This document shows, in pieces, positions 1 to 14,396 of a stretch of 64,000 bases of DNA. The first letter of the stretch is position 1, and the number at the start of each line of letters is the position of its first letter. The notes under the pieces were generated by a model. It had not been told where the DNA came from. It worked only from the letters and a program-made list of their open reading frames with translations, and did not search any database. The position numbers were made by a program, and so were the translations under genes. The stretch is from Octopus sinensis (lineage: Eukaryota), in NCBI RefSeq assembly GCF_006345805.1, contig NC_043000.1, forward strand, positions 96,596,001 through 96,660,000, read 5' to 3'.

Positions 1-5
1 TTCAG

Positions 6-106
6 AAAGGATTATTTGGATACGGTATGGCTGTTCCTATATTGTGTCTGTCTGTGTAAACAAACTTGGTCTGGATATCTGCTGGGAATTCACGTCATAT
101 CCCAAG
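6..106 (+). CDS. FYCO1: Internal coding exon of FYCO1-like gene (start of GOLD domain)
   Basis: Open frame ..RIIWIRYGCSYIVSVCVNKLGLDICWEFTSYPK, donor AAG|GTTAGT at 106/107, possible acceptor TTCAG at 1-5; resembles the FYCO1 GOLD segment (GLTISWVFSSDPK). Confidence 0.7.
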
Positions 107-151
107 GTTAGTATTAATATATTTATGCATACAAACATACATCTCTTTGTG

Positions 152-188
<37 letters not shown>

Positions 189-430
189 TTTCAATTCCTA
201 GACTGGATGGTGCATTGTGTTCTTGAGCAAAACACTTCATCTCATGTTGCTCTGTGATAACTTTGACACCTGATATATGGTACACCATGCAGTTGTTCAG
301 GTAATGGTGATTTGATGGAGGGAGTGAACTAATGTACAGAACATACATTTACTCACTATAAACCAAATCTTTTGTGCAAGTTGTCTGGCAAGAAATTGCA
401 GAACCATCTTTCCTGGACTATGAGTGACTA

Positions 431-572
<142 letters not shown>

Positions 573-896
573 TTTATATATATATGTATGTACATGTATG
601 TATGCATGTATGTATGTATGTTTGAATGTATTTATGTATGCATGTATATATGTATGTATGTATGTGTATCTGTGTGCAGTTGTTTGTGTGAGTTTGTATT
701 ACATACACCCTTACATGTTTGTGCTTTATATTGTATCTACACTGTCTGAAATAGAGCAAATGAATCTTGAATAGAAACTAATGTGTTACTTGTCCTGCTA
801 CAACTAGAAACCAAATGCCTATTTATCAATTTTTTTTAATGGTTAAAATCATATTAAATGCTTTTCTCTTTTTCTTTTTTCCTTTTCTTTTATCAG

Positions 897-1069
897 GATA
901 TTGCATTTGGTGTTATATTTAATTCTCAAAATCCCTGTCCCAATGACGGCAATGAAAAAATATTGATACCAGTCCAGAAATGCCAGTCTCATCATCAAAC
1001 TATTAAAGGTCAATTGACACCTCGTGATTTGGGAATTTATCAAATTATATTCGATAATGCTTATTCCAG
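897..1069 (+). CDS. FYCO1: Coding exon of FYCO1-like gene (GOLD domain)
   Basis: Polypyrimidine tract + TATCAG acceptor; DIAFGVIF...KILIPVQKCQSHHQTIKGQLTPRDLGIYQIIFDNAYS(R); donor AG|GTAAGT; phase fits both neighbouring exons; matches FYCO1 [27 protein letters not shown].FSR. Confidence 0.8.
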
Positions 1070-1179
1070 GTAAGTAAAAGTGTGAAAAAAAACCCCAATA
1101 AAATCTAGATTGAGTTTTGATTAATTTCAGAAATGGGTTGCACACTCAGTTTTTCAAGAAACTATCATATTCTCATGTA

Positions 1180-1214
<35 letters not shown>

Positions 1215-4200
1215 CCATCACCATCATCATCATCATCATCATCCATCATCCATCAATCATCCATCAATCATCCACCAATCATCCATCAATCATCCATAAT
1301 CATCATCATCATCACCATCACCACCACCACCACCACCACCACCACCATCATCATCATCAGCATCAAACACTTGTTTTCCATGTTGCCATGAGTTGGATGG
1401 TTTGACAGGATCCGACAAGCCACGGGACTGCATCCAACTCCAATATCAGCTTTGGCATGGTTTCAATGGTTGGATGCCCTTCCTAATGTCAGTCACTTTA
1501 CGGAGTGTATAGGGTGTGAGTTTTTTGTGGCACCAGCACTAGTGAGTCTGCCAAGTCACTTGCAACACTAGGTAAAATAAAGGAAAAAGTGGCCTTGACT
1601 TAGTGGAAAGGTGTATTTGAGAAAGGAAGAGGTGACTGTATGTTTGGTGTTGAGAAGCTGAAGTATAATAGAGGGACAATGTACAGGTCTTGCTATAGAG
1701 GAGATTATACAGCTAACTCACATTATGTAAGGATCAGTGGGAGTAGTTGGGAAGAAGAGGAAAATGGTTGTGGCAAGGTACCAGAGTGAATGCTCAAGGT
1801 GATTATAAGAAAATACAGACAGTGGATTAGAGGGGGAAGAGGTGGGTGAATAATTTCAAAATAGTGTGAAAGGAAAGCAACAGAGTGTGAGATATATATA
1901 TATAATATATATATATATGGAGTGAAGGCGCAATGGCCCAGAGGTTAGGGCAGCGGACTTGCGGTCGGAGGATCATGGTTTCGATTCCCAGACCGGGCAT
2001 TGTGTGTGTTTATTGAGCGAAAAGCCCTAAAAGCTCCACGAGGCTCCAGCGGGGTGGGTGGGGGGTGACCCCTGTTGTACTCTTTCGCCATGACTTTCTC
2101 TCACTCTCTCTTCCTGTTTCTTGAGTAACGCTGCGATGGACTGGCATCCCGTCCAGCTGGGGGGAACACATATGCCACAGAAACTGGGAAACCAGACCCA
2201 TGAGCCTGGCTAGGCTTGAAAAGGGTGACGTTTTTACCGTTTTCTATATATATATGGAGAGGGAGAGATAGAAAGAGAAAGAGTACCTATTGCAATAGAA
2301 TCTTAAAGCGGCAGAAACATTTTTTTATATGAATATACCATCTAGGTTTCATCGTTGTTGTTACTGTTAGAGCCACAGTTGCTTCTGTTGTTAATTTGTC
2401 TGCATCATTTGAAGTCTGATTTCCATGATGGATGGGTTGTCACAGTTAGACAATTCTTACTTGGAATTTGCTGCCCATTTAAGTGAGTCATAGGTCTATG
2501 CCATTTTTGGCTTGGTTTCTGTGGCTAAATGCCCTTCCTTTCATCAACCACTTTACAGAGTATACAAGGTGCATTTTATGGTGCCAGCACTAGAGAGGTG
2601 GTCATGTCCTCAACAAGTTTAAAAAGACTTCTCAACCTTACTTTTTCTCCACTCTCTTACCAACCACACTGAAATGGTTGGGTGCAGTTTGTCAGTGCAC
2701 CAGTTTTAATACCTAGAGTTTTAAAAAAAAAAAACTAAAACAAAAAAGAAAAAGATAAAAAAACTAGTAATAAATGTATGGCGAGGAAAGTGACAAACAA
2801 TGGTGATTGTGATTTTCATAGCTTACAAACCACATGGTTCCAGGTTCAGTTCCACTGTGTGGCACCTTGGGCAAGTGTCTTCTACTATAGCCTTGGGCTG
2901 ACCAAAGCCTTGTGAGTGGATTTGGTAGATGGAAACTGAAAGAAGTCCGTCGTATATATGTATGTATGTATATATACGTTTGTGTGTCTGTGTTTGTCCC
3001 CACAACATCGCTTGACAACCGATGCTGGTGTGTTTACCTCCCCGTAACTTAGCGGTTCGGCAAAAGAGACTGATAGAATAAGTACTAGGCTTACAAAGAA
3101 TAATTCCTGGGGTTAATTTGCTTGACTAAAGGTGGTGCTCCAGCATGGCCACAGTCAAATGACTGAAACAAGTAAAACAGTATGGGAGACAATTTTGGAC
3201 GTGTTTTGGTTTATTCTGACCTGATCAGTGAAGCGTTGCCTTCAACTGTGTTTAATGCAGTATTGATGAAAGAATGAATCAATAAATATACACACAAGAT
3301 TGTAGTAAAAAATAGAATTGTTTTAAATAAATAATTCAAAGGCATCGTCAGAAATGTTGTGTATGCTATTGACATTGATTTAATTGAGATAAAAGATAGT
3401 ATTGATAACCATAACATGATTTGAATTTAAAATAAAGATGGTCAAAACTAAATTCTGTAATATATTTCATCCTGTGCCCAACCATTTCTGTCAACACAGC
3501 ATCTGTACAATTACTTAACTGCTAGAAATGGTACCTAAATCTTCAAATCATATCCTACTTCCTTTAAAGATGGTGGCATACCTTGGATAATGTAGTTCTA
3601 GATACACTATCTTTGGAAATAAAACTGGATTATTAGTGTTTGAAACTGTTTTGATCAAAGATCTGTTGGATGACAGCTGAACTGGGAAAGAAGAAGAACA
3701 ACAATACACTGCCCTACACAGCCCTGAGCTATTTAAAAATACAAGATATGTGGTGCATTACTGTTCTTGAGAAGACCCACCCATCACAGCAGAACTGAGA
3801 TCCAAAAAACCAAGGTGCTGTGTAAAAAGCATCGGTGTGGGTGTTGGTGTCACATTAAAAGCACTGGTGATGGAGCCACATAAATAGCACTGGTGATGGT
3901 GCCACATAAAAAGCACTGTGATGGTGCCATGTAAAAAGCACTTTTGATGGTGCCACATAAAATGCACTGGTAATAGTGCAACATAGAAAGCACTGGTGAT
4001 GGTGTCACATAAAAAGCACTGGTGATGGTGCCACATAAAAAGCACTGGTGATGGTGCCATGTAAAAGGCACTCAGTCCACTCTTTGGAGTGGTTGGCAAT
4101 AGGAAGAGTATCCAGCCATGGAAACCAAGCCAAAATAGACTATGGAACCTGGTGTAGTCCTTGGGTTTCTCAATTCCTGTCAATGCCAGCATGGAAAATG

Positions 4201-4906
4201 GACGTCAAATGTTGTTGTTGTTGATGATGATGATATTTTTGCTGTATTAGATTCAAAGAATTGTTACTAGTAAGCACTTTATAACTGTTATAAAAAAAAC
4301 TTGGGAAAAAAGAAAAAAACAATAAGCAAGAAATTTACGTTAAGATTTTAAAGCTGTCATAGGAAATATGAAAGAAAACTTTATGTTAAGAGAGTTTTAA
4401 GAAGTGTTATACTAAATATGGAAATCATTAAATTAAGTTGGTGATACTATCTGGTTGAATTTGCCTGAATTTACCTGACTTAATCATGCAAGTTATTTTG
4501 ATCTTTCATAGCATTTGGGAGGTGAGCAGGGCAACATTTTGGCTCCATCCTGAGCTGGTTGATAAAAGCTTTTACTTGTTATAGACAGGCCCTGTGTAGC
4601 ATAATTGGTTACCATATTCATTTGAGAAGCAATAGATATCTGGTTAAAATTCTGTTAATGCCTATTGCTCTCTTCTCTGTTTCAAAGTGGTTCTTATCCT
4701 ATCTAATGTCAAATATATTTTATGTTACTACATCACCATACTTTGAAGATTCAATATTTTATACAGATAAGATGGTGAGCTGTCAGAATTTTTAAGATGC
4801 TGACCAAAATGCTGCTAAGCATTTTGTCCATCTTTATGTTTTGAGTTCAAAGTCTGCCAAAGTTGACTTTGCCCTTCATTTTATCAAGGTTGATAAAATA
4901 AGTACC

Positions 4907-5363
4907 TATTTCTTTACTACCCACAAGGGGCTAAACACAGAGAGGACAAACAAGGACAGACAAATGGATTAAGTCGATTATATCGACTCCAGTGCGTAAC
5001 TGGTCCTTAACCCTTTAGCATTCAAACCGGCCATATCCGGTCAAAATATTTAACCTGTTTTATATTGAAACTGACCAGATCTTGCCTCTCACCTCAGCCC
5101 TACCATGTCATTCTAAAACTAAAATAATCACATCACTGAAATCTCTAAACTACAAGATAATGCAGGATTAATTCAAAACAATATAAATAAACAAACATCA
5201 CATTTGACAGAATAATCTGAACACTAAAGGGTTAATTTATCGACCCCGAAAGGATGAAAGGCAAGTTGACCTCGGCGGAATTTGAACTCAGAACGTAGCG
5301 GCAGACGAAATACGGCTACGCATTTCGCCTGGCATGCTAATGTTTCTGCCAGCTCGCCGCCTT
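4907..5363 (-). mobile_element. tRNA-derived SINE, family B (Meta-domain-like core), carrying a MITE insertion
   Basis: B box GAGTTCAAATTCC, core GCCTTTCATCCTTTCGGGGTCGATAAATTAAGTACCAG, tail ..GTGGGTAGTAAAGAAATA. Confidence 0.75.
5011..5231. mobile_element. piggyBac-type MITE (221 bp)
   Basis: TTAA at 5007-5010 and 5232-5235; TIRs CCCTTTAG(CA/TG)TTCA; older copy near 52548-52770. Confidence 0.8.
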
Positions 5364-5500
5364 TGATAAAATAAGTACCAGTTGAGCACTAAGGTCAATG
5401 CAGTCTTCTTACCCCCTCCCCCAAAATTGCTGGCCTTGTGCCAAAATTTGAAATCAGTATTTTATTCAGCTAATCAATATTCTTCATCTTTTCTTTACAG

Positions 5501-5561
5501 ATTGACTTCAAAGAAAGTAACCTATTCACTCCATGTTCGTAAAATTGGGGAGACCTCGTGA
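5501..5561 (+). CDS. FYCO1: Terminal coding exon of FYCO1-like gene
   Basis: Acceptor TTTACAG at 5500; completes the phase-2 codon, then (R)LTSKKVTYSLHVRKIGETS*, matching FYCO1 RFVSKKVFYHLTV; TGA at 5559-5561. Confidence 0.8.
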
Positions 5562-7194
5562 CAATGAAGATGATTCTTGTCAATTTTCAAAGTATGATAT
5601 ATTCTTGACTGCTGCATTACATTCACATTGTTGTGTAAATATCGCTGATTAACTTTCATGAAATTTGAGTGCATTCATTTTCTTTTTTTTTTTTTTAACT
5701 GGTATTAATGCACATTTTTACCAAATTCTTCCTTCTGATGGTGATTTGTGTACTGTTCTAAGACATAATTCAGTGTTTCTGAACTTCTTTATGGAATTAT
5801 TCATTTTCACTTTTTCGCATACAAGATGAGGATTTTATTGTTCACTATCACTGTATTATCATTTTCCTGTTGTTTACTAAAGATAATGAAATGTAAAGGA
5901 AATTTATCATGGAAATTAAATTACTTAAAGATTTTTATATTAATCAAGATTATTTTAAGATTTGTTAATGAACAGTATTGACAGAAAAATAACTTCCTGC
6001 TGAATGACATTGCTTGAAGGTTTTTCTACAGACAAATTACAGATTCCAGATTTGTTGATAAATAACAAAGGAAAATGATATTTAAAAGAGTTGAAATGTG
6101 TTTGTGAGCAATATTTATATCCTTTGATCTTGTTACTAAACAAAACTAACTTAAGAATTGTTTGACATCATCTTTGAATGTTTTGTCAATGAACCAAATC
6201 AGCCAAAACCATTATCTTCAGATTTGTTGCTATATAACACTAACCAGAAATTTCTGGTGAAAGATATTAAATTCATTGAAATTCATTTCTTGGTTTTAAT
6301 TATTTTATCAAAAAAATCTCAAAAAGTTAACATGAAACTTTCTGAGCTGTTTTATTATCCCTTTCTTGTTGTAATTGCTTTTTATATATTTAGTTGATAT
6401 CCTCCTCCTCCCCCTCCCCAGGCTCCTCCTCCTCCCCTGCACCTCCGCCTCCTCTGCACCTCCTCCTCATCACTATAACCACCACCACCACCACCACCAC
6501 CATCTTAATTTAACATCCATCTACCATGCTGAATTGTTTGTTTGCCATTAGAAAACACTTCCTCTCATTATATGATGTGTATTCATAACACACATGATCC
6601 ACTGGTTCACCCATGTAAGGGGACTTTGAGATATTGCAACTTACTCGACCCTATTGTATATCTCCTCAGTTGAAGTTACCCCACTGGACTTACAAATCTC
6701 ACAAGAGCGTTAGCTCTTATTTATAGGAATCAACAAGCAAATTATTTGCTGATGTGTGCAGATGTCTGTCAAACAAATAAGAATTCATGTGATGCATGCA
6801 GAACTGAGAGATCTAAACATTAACATATCATAACAAACATGAATATCTGATCATTATTGTTTTATGCCACTTACAAAACATAGCCTAAAGGAAGGAGGTG
6901 CTCTCCAGGGGCAAAAAACAACAGTGATCAGATTTTCATGTTTGAATCTGCCAGAACATATTAAAAATAAATAGATGTGTTGAAGATAACTATGGACAAC
7001 TGCCTCAAAACCTCCAGCTTCTATATCCAGATTACAAATTTACACTTATATCAATAATAATTGGGACACTTGGGTCTGTAAGTAAATGCTTGACTGTCAG
7101 TCTGGATAAGCTTGGATCTTAAGAAAAAGAAATCAACCAACTGATTTGCACATTACAAATACAAATCAAATTCGATGACAGCACCGCATGACTG

Positions 7195-7660
7195 GCATCC
7201 ATGCTAGAGAAGCGCTAAGAGCACCATCCGAGCGTGATCATTACCAGGGCCGCTGACTGGCCCTCATGCCAGTGGCACGTAAAAAGCACCATTCGAACGT
7301 GATCGTTACCAGCGTCGCCTTACTGGTACTTGTGCTGGTGTTACATGAAAAACAACATTTGAGCGAGAGCGTTGCCTGTGCCACTGGACTGGCTCCTGTG
7401 CAGGTGACACGTAAAAACACCATTTGAGTGTGGCCGTTGCCAGTACCTCCTGACTGGCCCTCATGCTTGTGGCATGTAAAAGCATCCACTACACTCTCGG
7501 AGTGGTTGGCGTTAGGAAGGGCGTCCAGCTGTAGAAACTCTGCCAGATCAGATTGGAGCCTGGTGCATCCGTCTGACTCACCAGTCCCCAGTCAAACCAT
7601 GCAACCCATGCCAGCATGGAAAGCGGACGTTAAACGATGATGATGATGATAATGATGAAA
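7195..7660 (+). mobile_element. SINE family D (Nin-like core, internal tandem repeats, (GAT)n tail)
   Basis: GGTTGGCGTTAGGAAGGGCGTCCAGCTGTAGAAAC core, tail CCCATGCCAGCATGGAAAGCGGACGTTAAACGATGATGAT. Relatives near 1370-1570, 3830-4230, 48990-49385, 52085-52370. Confidence 0.65.
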
Positions 7661-9186
7661 TACAATCTGTAAGTGGAACAGTAAAACTATGCAAGGCTTT
7701 TCTTCGGTTTAAAATGTAACATTGTTTTCGTTAACTACATTCCAAAGATGGAGGTTTGTATCTTCGTTAGAAACCAGCTCCTTCTTCAGAGGAAGAATTT
7801 GAATAATTAAAATCAGAAGAGACATACATTCATATATATAATGCATTCACACATATACGGTCTGCATATAATATATGTATCTATCTCTCCCCTTCTCTCT
7901 TTATATATATGTGTGTGTGTATGTGTGTGTGTGTGTGTGTGTGGAAGGCGGACGTTAAACGATATACACATATCTATCCTTATCGTTTAATTTTCTGAAT
8001 TTTATACACTCAAGCACGCGTGCACACACACACTGAAATAGTGAGGGCCTACATTCACTCATGATTTATCTTGAATTTCTAAAGATTGACTACTTATTCA
8101 ATTTTGGTGAGTCTTGAACCCACATCTGGAGTCATGACAGGCATTCTGTCATAGGATCAAAGCTTCTAAAATGGGTAAAGAAATTTGAAAGATTGCTTTG
8201 GTCCAATGTTAGAATACCTGTCATATCTACTAGAGATCTGAGTTAGAGTTCCATGGGTAACCTTTGATTTTTTATTTCCAAAATGGTTTTCAAAACAATT
8301 TTTACTTGCTGTTATAGCTTTGTGTGCTTTGAGATCCACTGTTCCAAAAAAAAAGAAGTATTTCATGTTCTTTTGAAAGTTTATGAATTCTTATGACGTC
8401 AATAATATGTATGCATTTCGGTATGTGAACTCGAATCAGCAGATATTAAAATAACGTGTACATCATTTTGAACACTTGTGTACACACAAACGTGGATTGG
8501 CACTTGCTAAACGACATATTTTTGGGTGTTATATCTTTTTCAATGTTACATTTTTTTTTTCGCTGCTGGTTACTGAGGAGGCGTTATTATGCTGAAACCA
8601 GTATATGGCAGTTTGCAGACTCATTTGGAGCATGTGTTTAACGCACAAAATCTCTTAGGAGAAGTTGTCTGAAACTAAATCCAATAGTAAACGCCATTCT
8701 TTGTGTGTACAAAAACGTAATTTAAATTATGTGCATTGCTAGGTGTTTTAACACTCGGCGCTCTGAGAGAGTATTCTCCATCACGCCAATTCGCAGCTTA
8801 CTAGCATATACACGAAAAATATGCGTTAAATATATGTGGTTGGCAATGTTTATTACACTATCGCTACTTCTATTTCATATTTGAATTTATTCTTACGTAT
8901 TCATTGTCCAGGCATACCAGCGCATAATTTTCACACTATATGCATATGTCATGAACTGACGATATGATTTATCACCGATCTGTTCGAGTATGTGATGTTG
9001 ATAAGTCACAAAATGGCAAAATATTGATGTCCATCACTACTAGATGGGATCTGGGGCGAGTTATCTCGCCTGTCCATGACTTTCAGGTGCTTTCACACCC
9101 GGTGCTTAGAGAGAGTATTCTCCACCACGCCAAATCGCAGCCTACCAGATAATTCACATATGCATAAAGTATATGCGGTTGATAAT

Positions 9187-9224
<38 letters not shown>

Positions 9225-9887
9225 ACCGACCAGACCATCAGATGTTGTTAAACATCGCTGGTCACAATGCGTTCGCATTGTTTTTGCCTTCGAATGACGC
9301 CATCCCGCTGGCTAAGCGAGCAGGCCAACAGAAGGAAGATTGGGAGAAAGAGTACAGCAGGGATCACCACCCTCTGCCGGAGCCTCGTGGAGCTTTTTAG
9401 GTGTTTTCGCTCAATAAACACTCACAACGCCCGGTCTGGGAATCGAAACCGCGATCCTACGACCGCGAGACCGCTGCCCTAACCATTGGGCCATTGCGCC
9501 TCCACACACATATATATATGAAACAGTATCGGCGCAAAGCAGTCTTTGATATAAGCGAACTTTTTGTTAGTTAAAATATTTTTGTGATATAGTTCAACTT
9601 CTTAAGGCAAATACACTGCAGTTATCGCGGAGGAAAAACATCTCCCTCATGGTAAAAGGTGTAAAAACATTATATCTGTCCAGAGTTGCTCTCTGTCGAA
9701 TTCCCAGACGCTGCGTTTCTAGCTATTTAGCCATTTATATTTCCCATCGATAACGGCTAAAGATCTAGAAAGGCAGCGTCTGAGAATACAACAGGGAGAA
9801 ACACTGGACAGCTTATACTAAAGGAGATAATTTTTTCCTTTTAGAAGCTGAAATATGTCATAAACATATCTTAACTCACCTAAAGTT

Positions 9888-9932
<45 letters not shown>

Positions 9933-9944
9933 TATATATATATA

Positions 9945-10480
9945 CTAGCAGCTAAGCCCGGTTTCACCCGGTCTGTTTGGATGATGTGGCTGTGATCGTT
10001 TTCGGTTAGGCATATGTGAATGAAAATTAAGTTCAGACCTGTACATGGTAGCTAGACCTAATAGAAATAGCAGGCAAATCACCCTACTGTCTTAATCAAA
10101 CAATTCTGCCTATTATGTAGTTTGAATGAGAAACTTTAACTAAAGATTATGATTATTAACCCCACAAAGAGGTGAGAGAAGAGAGAGAAACTTTTGGCTG
10201 ACTGTCATCCTGTACTTGCCTTGTTGCTAGCGAAATAGTATATGACAACTGTGTGAGCAACTGGTTGTTTTAATGGCGGAACAAAACGGGAATTTCATTA
10301 GAAAAGTTTTAATCGATTTTCTCAATAAGTATGGATGCTAGGAAAAAAATACAAACCGCATTCCAATCTATGCACCTGTCTCCACATGTGTGCCATATTT
10401 CACGCGAATCTACCCAGCCGTTTGGCTGTGAACCTCAAGACAAGAAAGAATACAACGATCGCCCATGTCCAATTTATATT
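9945..10480 (-). mobile_element. Non-autonomous Helitron-like element, second family
   Basis: Minus strand ends CCGGGTGAAACCGGGCTTAGCTGCTAG|T (hairpin + CTAG); 5' end approximate. Confidence 0.55.
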
Positions 10481-11101
10481 ACTCTTTTACTTGTTTCAGT
10501 CATTTGACTGCGGCCATGCTGGAGCACGCCTTTAGTCGAGAAAATCGAGCCCGGGACTTATTCTTTGTAAGCCCAGAACTTATTCTATCGGTCTCCTTTG
10601 CCGAACCGCTAAGAGACGGGGACGTAAACACATCAGCATCGGTTGTCAAGCAATGCTCGGGGGACAAACACAAACACACACATATATATATACATATATA
10701 CGACAGGCTTCTTTCAGTTTCCGTCTACCAAATCCACTCACAAGGCATTGGTCGGCCCGGGGCTATAGCAGAAGACACTTGCCCAAGATGCCACGCAGTG
10801 GGACTGAACCCGGAGCCATGTGGTTGGTTAGGAAGCTACTTGCCACACAGCCACTCAAGATAACATATGTTTCGACCAAAGATTTGTCTAACTTAATAGC
10901 ACCACCTGACAGAATAAACACACACACACACATATATTCTTTTATTCTTTTACTTGTTTCAGTTATTTGACTGCGACCTTGCTGGAGCACCGCCTTTAGT
11001 CGAACAAATCGATTAGCTTCGGTTGTCAAGCGATGGTGGGAGACAAACACAGGCACACAAACATACGCACACACACACGTGCACATATACACACACATAC
11101 G

Positions 11102-11144
<43 letters not shown>

Positions 11145-11249
11145 TATATAAATATGTATATATATAATATATGTATATATGTATGTATGTATATATGTAT
11201 GTATATATATATGTATATATATATGTATGTATATGTATATATATATGTA

Positions 11250-11307
<58 letters not shown>

Positions 11308-11360
11308 GTTTAAATATTTGTTGTGCAAGATTTTTTATGTGAAGTCGTGTGTTGAAACAG

Positions 11361-11757
11361 ATATTGTTATATTTCGGAATGGTCATTTTGCCAGTTTAGC
11401 CAATAAAAACACACGCACTATATATTTGCTTCAGTGTTATTTATTTTTTACATTAATCTTAATCTTATTTCGGCCAGAGTTCTTTCGTCACACTCCTGTG
11501 ACCGCATCAGTGGTCCTTTGTTTTCTTCTCACTTATTTGTGTCTCTCCTTACTAACCGTCAGCCATTTTGTATTTCTGTATACAAAATGTATTTTGAGAA
11601 GAAAACAAAGGACCACTGATGCGGTCACAGGAGTGTAACGAAAGAACTCTGGCCGAAATAAGATTAAGATTAATGTAAAAAATAAATAACACTGAAGCAA
11701 ATATATAGTGCGTGTGTTTTTATTGGCTAAACTGGCAAAATGACCATTCCGAAATAT

Positions 11758-11765
<8 letters not shown>
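11361..11765. repeat. 171-bp near-perfect inverted repeat (PLE pseudo-LTR-like) with a hammerhead-like motif in each arm
   Basis: Arms 11361-11531 and 11595-11765, 63-bp spacer; same family as 30600-30845. Confidence 0.75.
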
Positions 11766-11797
<32 letters not shown>

Positions 11798-13603
11798 GTT
11801 TCTTTCCGTCTACCAAATCCACTCACAAGGCTTTGGTCGGCCCGATGCTATAGCAGAAGATACATGCTCAAGATACCACGCAGTGAGACTGAACCCAGAT
11901 CCATGTGGGTATATAAATTTAAAGATACACATTAAGTACATATAAAATTAAAAATACACATTAAGTACAGGACATCACCAGCGAGTGAAAAGTACGTAAA
12001 CACACGAGAGATAAGTACAGGATAAATACACATTAAATACAGGACATCACCAACAAGTGAAAAATACAGGATAAAATACCAAAGGAAGTCTAACTCCTCC
12101 TCAGTTGTTGACTAGTTATTATTACCTGTTTCCAGTTTTTAACGACAAGACAGGAAAACTTCATAAGATATCAGCATCCAGAAATTTTTAAAATATAAAA
12201 TTTATGAAGAGCTAGGGTTTCGAACGAACAAACGACACCAGAATGACCGTACAGAGTAAACAATCGACGAAGACAGGTATTAAGGGCCGTCAGGCCAAGA
12301 CGAATTGTCATGGGTAACGTCTAGGAGAAATTTTGAAAGGATATAGGATAAATAAAAGAGAAAAAATAGTAGGAGAGAAAAAATACTTGAAGAGAAAAAA
12401 TATCGAGAAGCGAGAGAAATTACGTCCAGCTGGCTAGACGTCTCATCCAAAAAAGACAGAGAGACGGGGGAAATGGCTCGTAGTCACGTGTGATCAACAG
12501 GCAGAGGGGAAAGGGAATAAGAGAGAGAAGGGAAAGAAACGAAGGGGGTGAGGAAAAGGGAGAAGCAAAGAAAGATGACAGGTGACAGCAAAGAAGGGGG
12601 GGGGAAGAAAAGAAATATAAAGGATTATCGAGGGATAGAGAGAAACAAATAAGAGACAGAGAACAGAGTGTAGAGTCACAGGCTAAAGAAGCAATGGCGG
12701 TTTCGATTCCCAGACCCGGCGTTGTGAGTGTTTATTGAACGAAAACACCTAAAGCTCCACGAGGCTCCGGCAGGAGATGCTGGTGAACCCTGCTGTACTC
12801 TTTCACCACAACTTTCACTCTTTCTTCCTTCTGTTGTACCTGTATTTCAAAGGGACAGCCTTGTCACGCTGAATCTCCCCGAGAACTACGTTAAGGGTAC
12901 ACGTGTCTGTGGAGTGCTCAGCCACTTGCACGTTAATTTCACGAGCAGGCTGTTCCGTTGATCGGTTGAACTGGAACCCTCGTCGTCGTAACCGACGGAG
13001 TGTCACGATTCTCTCGCACTGCCTTCTACTATCCTTTTCCCTTTCCTTTATCGATCTTTTTTCACCCTCCAACTTTCACCTTCAAAGACGTCACGCGTAC
13101 TCGTTCTCTTTCTTTTTATGCTTACATTAGTATAAACTTGGGATCTTTTCAGTTTGAAGGCCAGATTTTCCTAGTTAACTAAACAATTTGAAACTTCGTA
13201 TACTGGTAGAATGTGTCAAAAGAAAACATAATTGTAAACCAAAATGAAAACGGAATTGTAATTTCTAAGTTTAACGTTGTTTAATAATTCGAATTTTAAC
13301 CAATGGTATTCTTTCTTTCGACCTCATATTATTTACTGCCTCTCAAAATATTGTTACTGTGACGTAAACAGCTATTTTGTGACGTAGTTAACGTAAACAT
13401 GTAAACAGACCTACAAATTCGTATGTAACGTAAACATCCGCTCATCGTAAATAGCTAAATTCGCTTGGCATCGTACACAGCTTTTTCAGTTCCCTAGAAT
13501 TATATTTGAAAGAATATAAAAAGAAAAAGATTCATACGCATAAATATACATCCTTAGACATCAGAAAATGAGTGTTTAAATTATTTTCCATTGTTTGCAT
13601 TGC

Positions 13604-13698
<95 letters not shown>

Positions 13699-14396
13699 TA
13701 CATACACACATACTAAAATTACATCGTTGGAGCAGTAATTTATTTATGTATTTTTTGTTATACAATTTATTTTAAAGCTGAATCCCTATCCTGCCATTAA
13801 CCCCTTTCTTATAAAATAGTTGAAGAATCTGGGGTGTAGGTATTGGGCCAGTATTGGAACTTTTAACTTCTTGCTCTCTATCTTATGATCTCCGAAATTT
13901 AAGAATCTTGTGTTAACTGGGCTCTTATTATTTACTCTGACTCTGCCACCACCTCAATGCAAAGACTATCAATATCAGAATCATCTTCACAATCACCACT
14001 ACAACCATTACTACAACCTCCAATGCCACCACCACAACCATCTTCTGCAACCACAACTCCAAGACCAGCATCATATTCAAAATCACCAATTTCACCACCA
14101 CTACACTCTGCAATGTCTTCAACACTACCATCCATGAGACATCCTAACATAATCAATGCTACTACTACTATCATCATCATTATCATTATCATCCACTGCC
14201 GCCGCCACCACCACCACCTCTACAAAAACACCAACACTATAATTGCTGCCATCATACACATCCACTGTCACCACTACACCACCACCACCACTGCCATGAT
14301 AACCACATCTACCACCTCCAACACCATTGCCACCACTATCTATGAGACATCCTAAGTTAGATACTACTTTCACTTTCTAGTTGCTCTTTGAGTTTA

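Noticed and set aside
1921-2000. tRNA-like sequence with A and B boxes
   Set aside because: Head of SINE family A; continues into the SINE body and lacks a full cloverleaf.
10763-11386. 207-aa ORF and the many similar YI/SL/HT/VC-repeat ORFs
   Set aside because: Translations of (TA)n, (CT)n, (CA)n and (TATG)n microsatellites; no domain content.
13910-14373. His/Thr/Pro-rich ORFs on both strands
   Set aside because: Degenerate (CAC/CAT/TAC)n trinucleotide region without splice or homology support.
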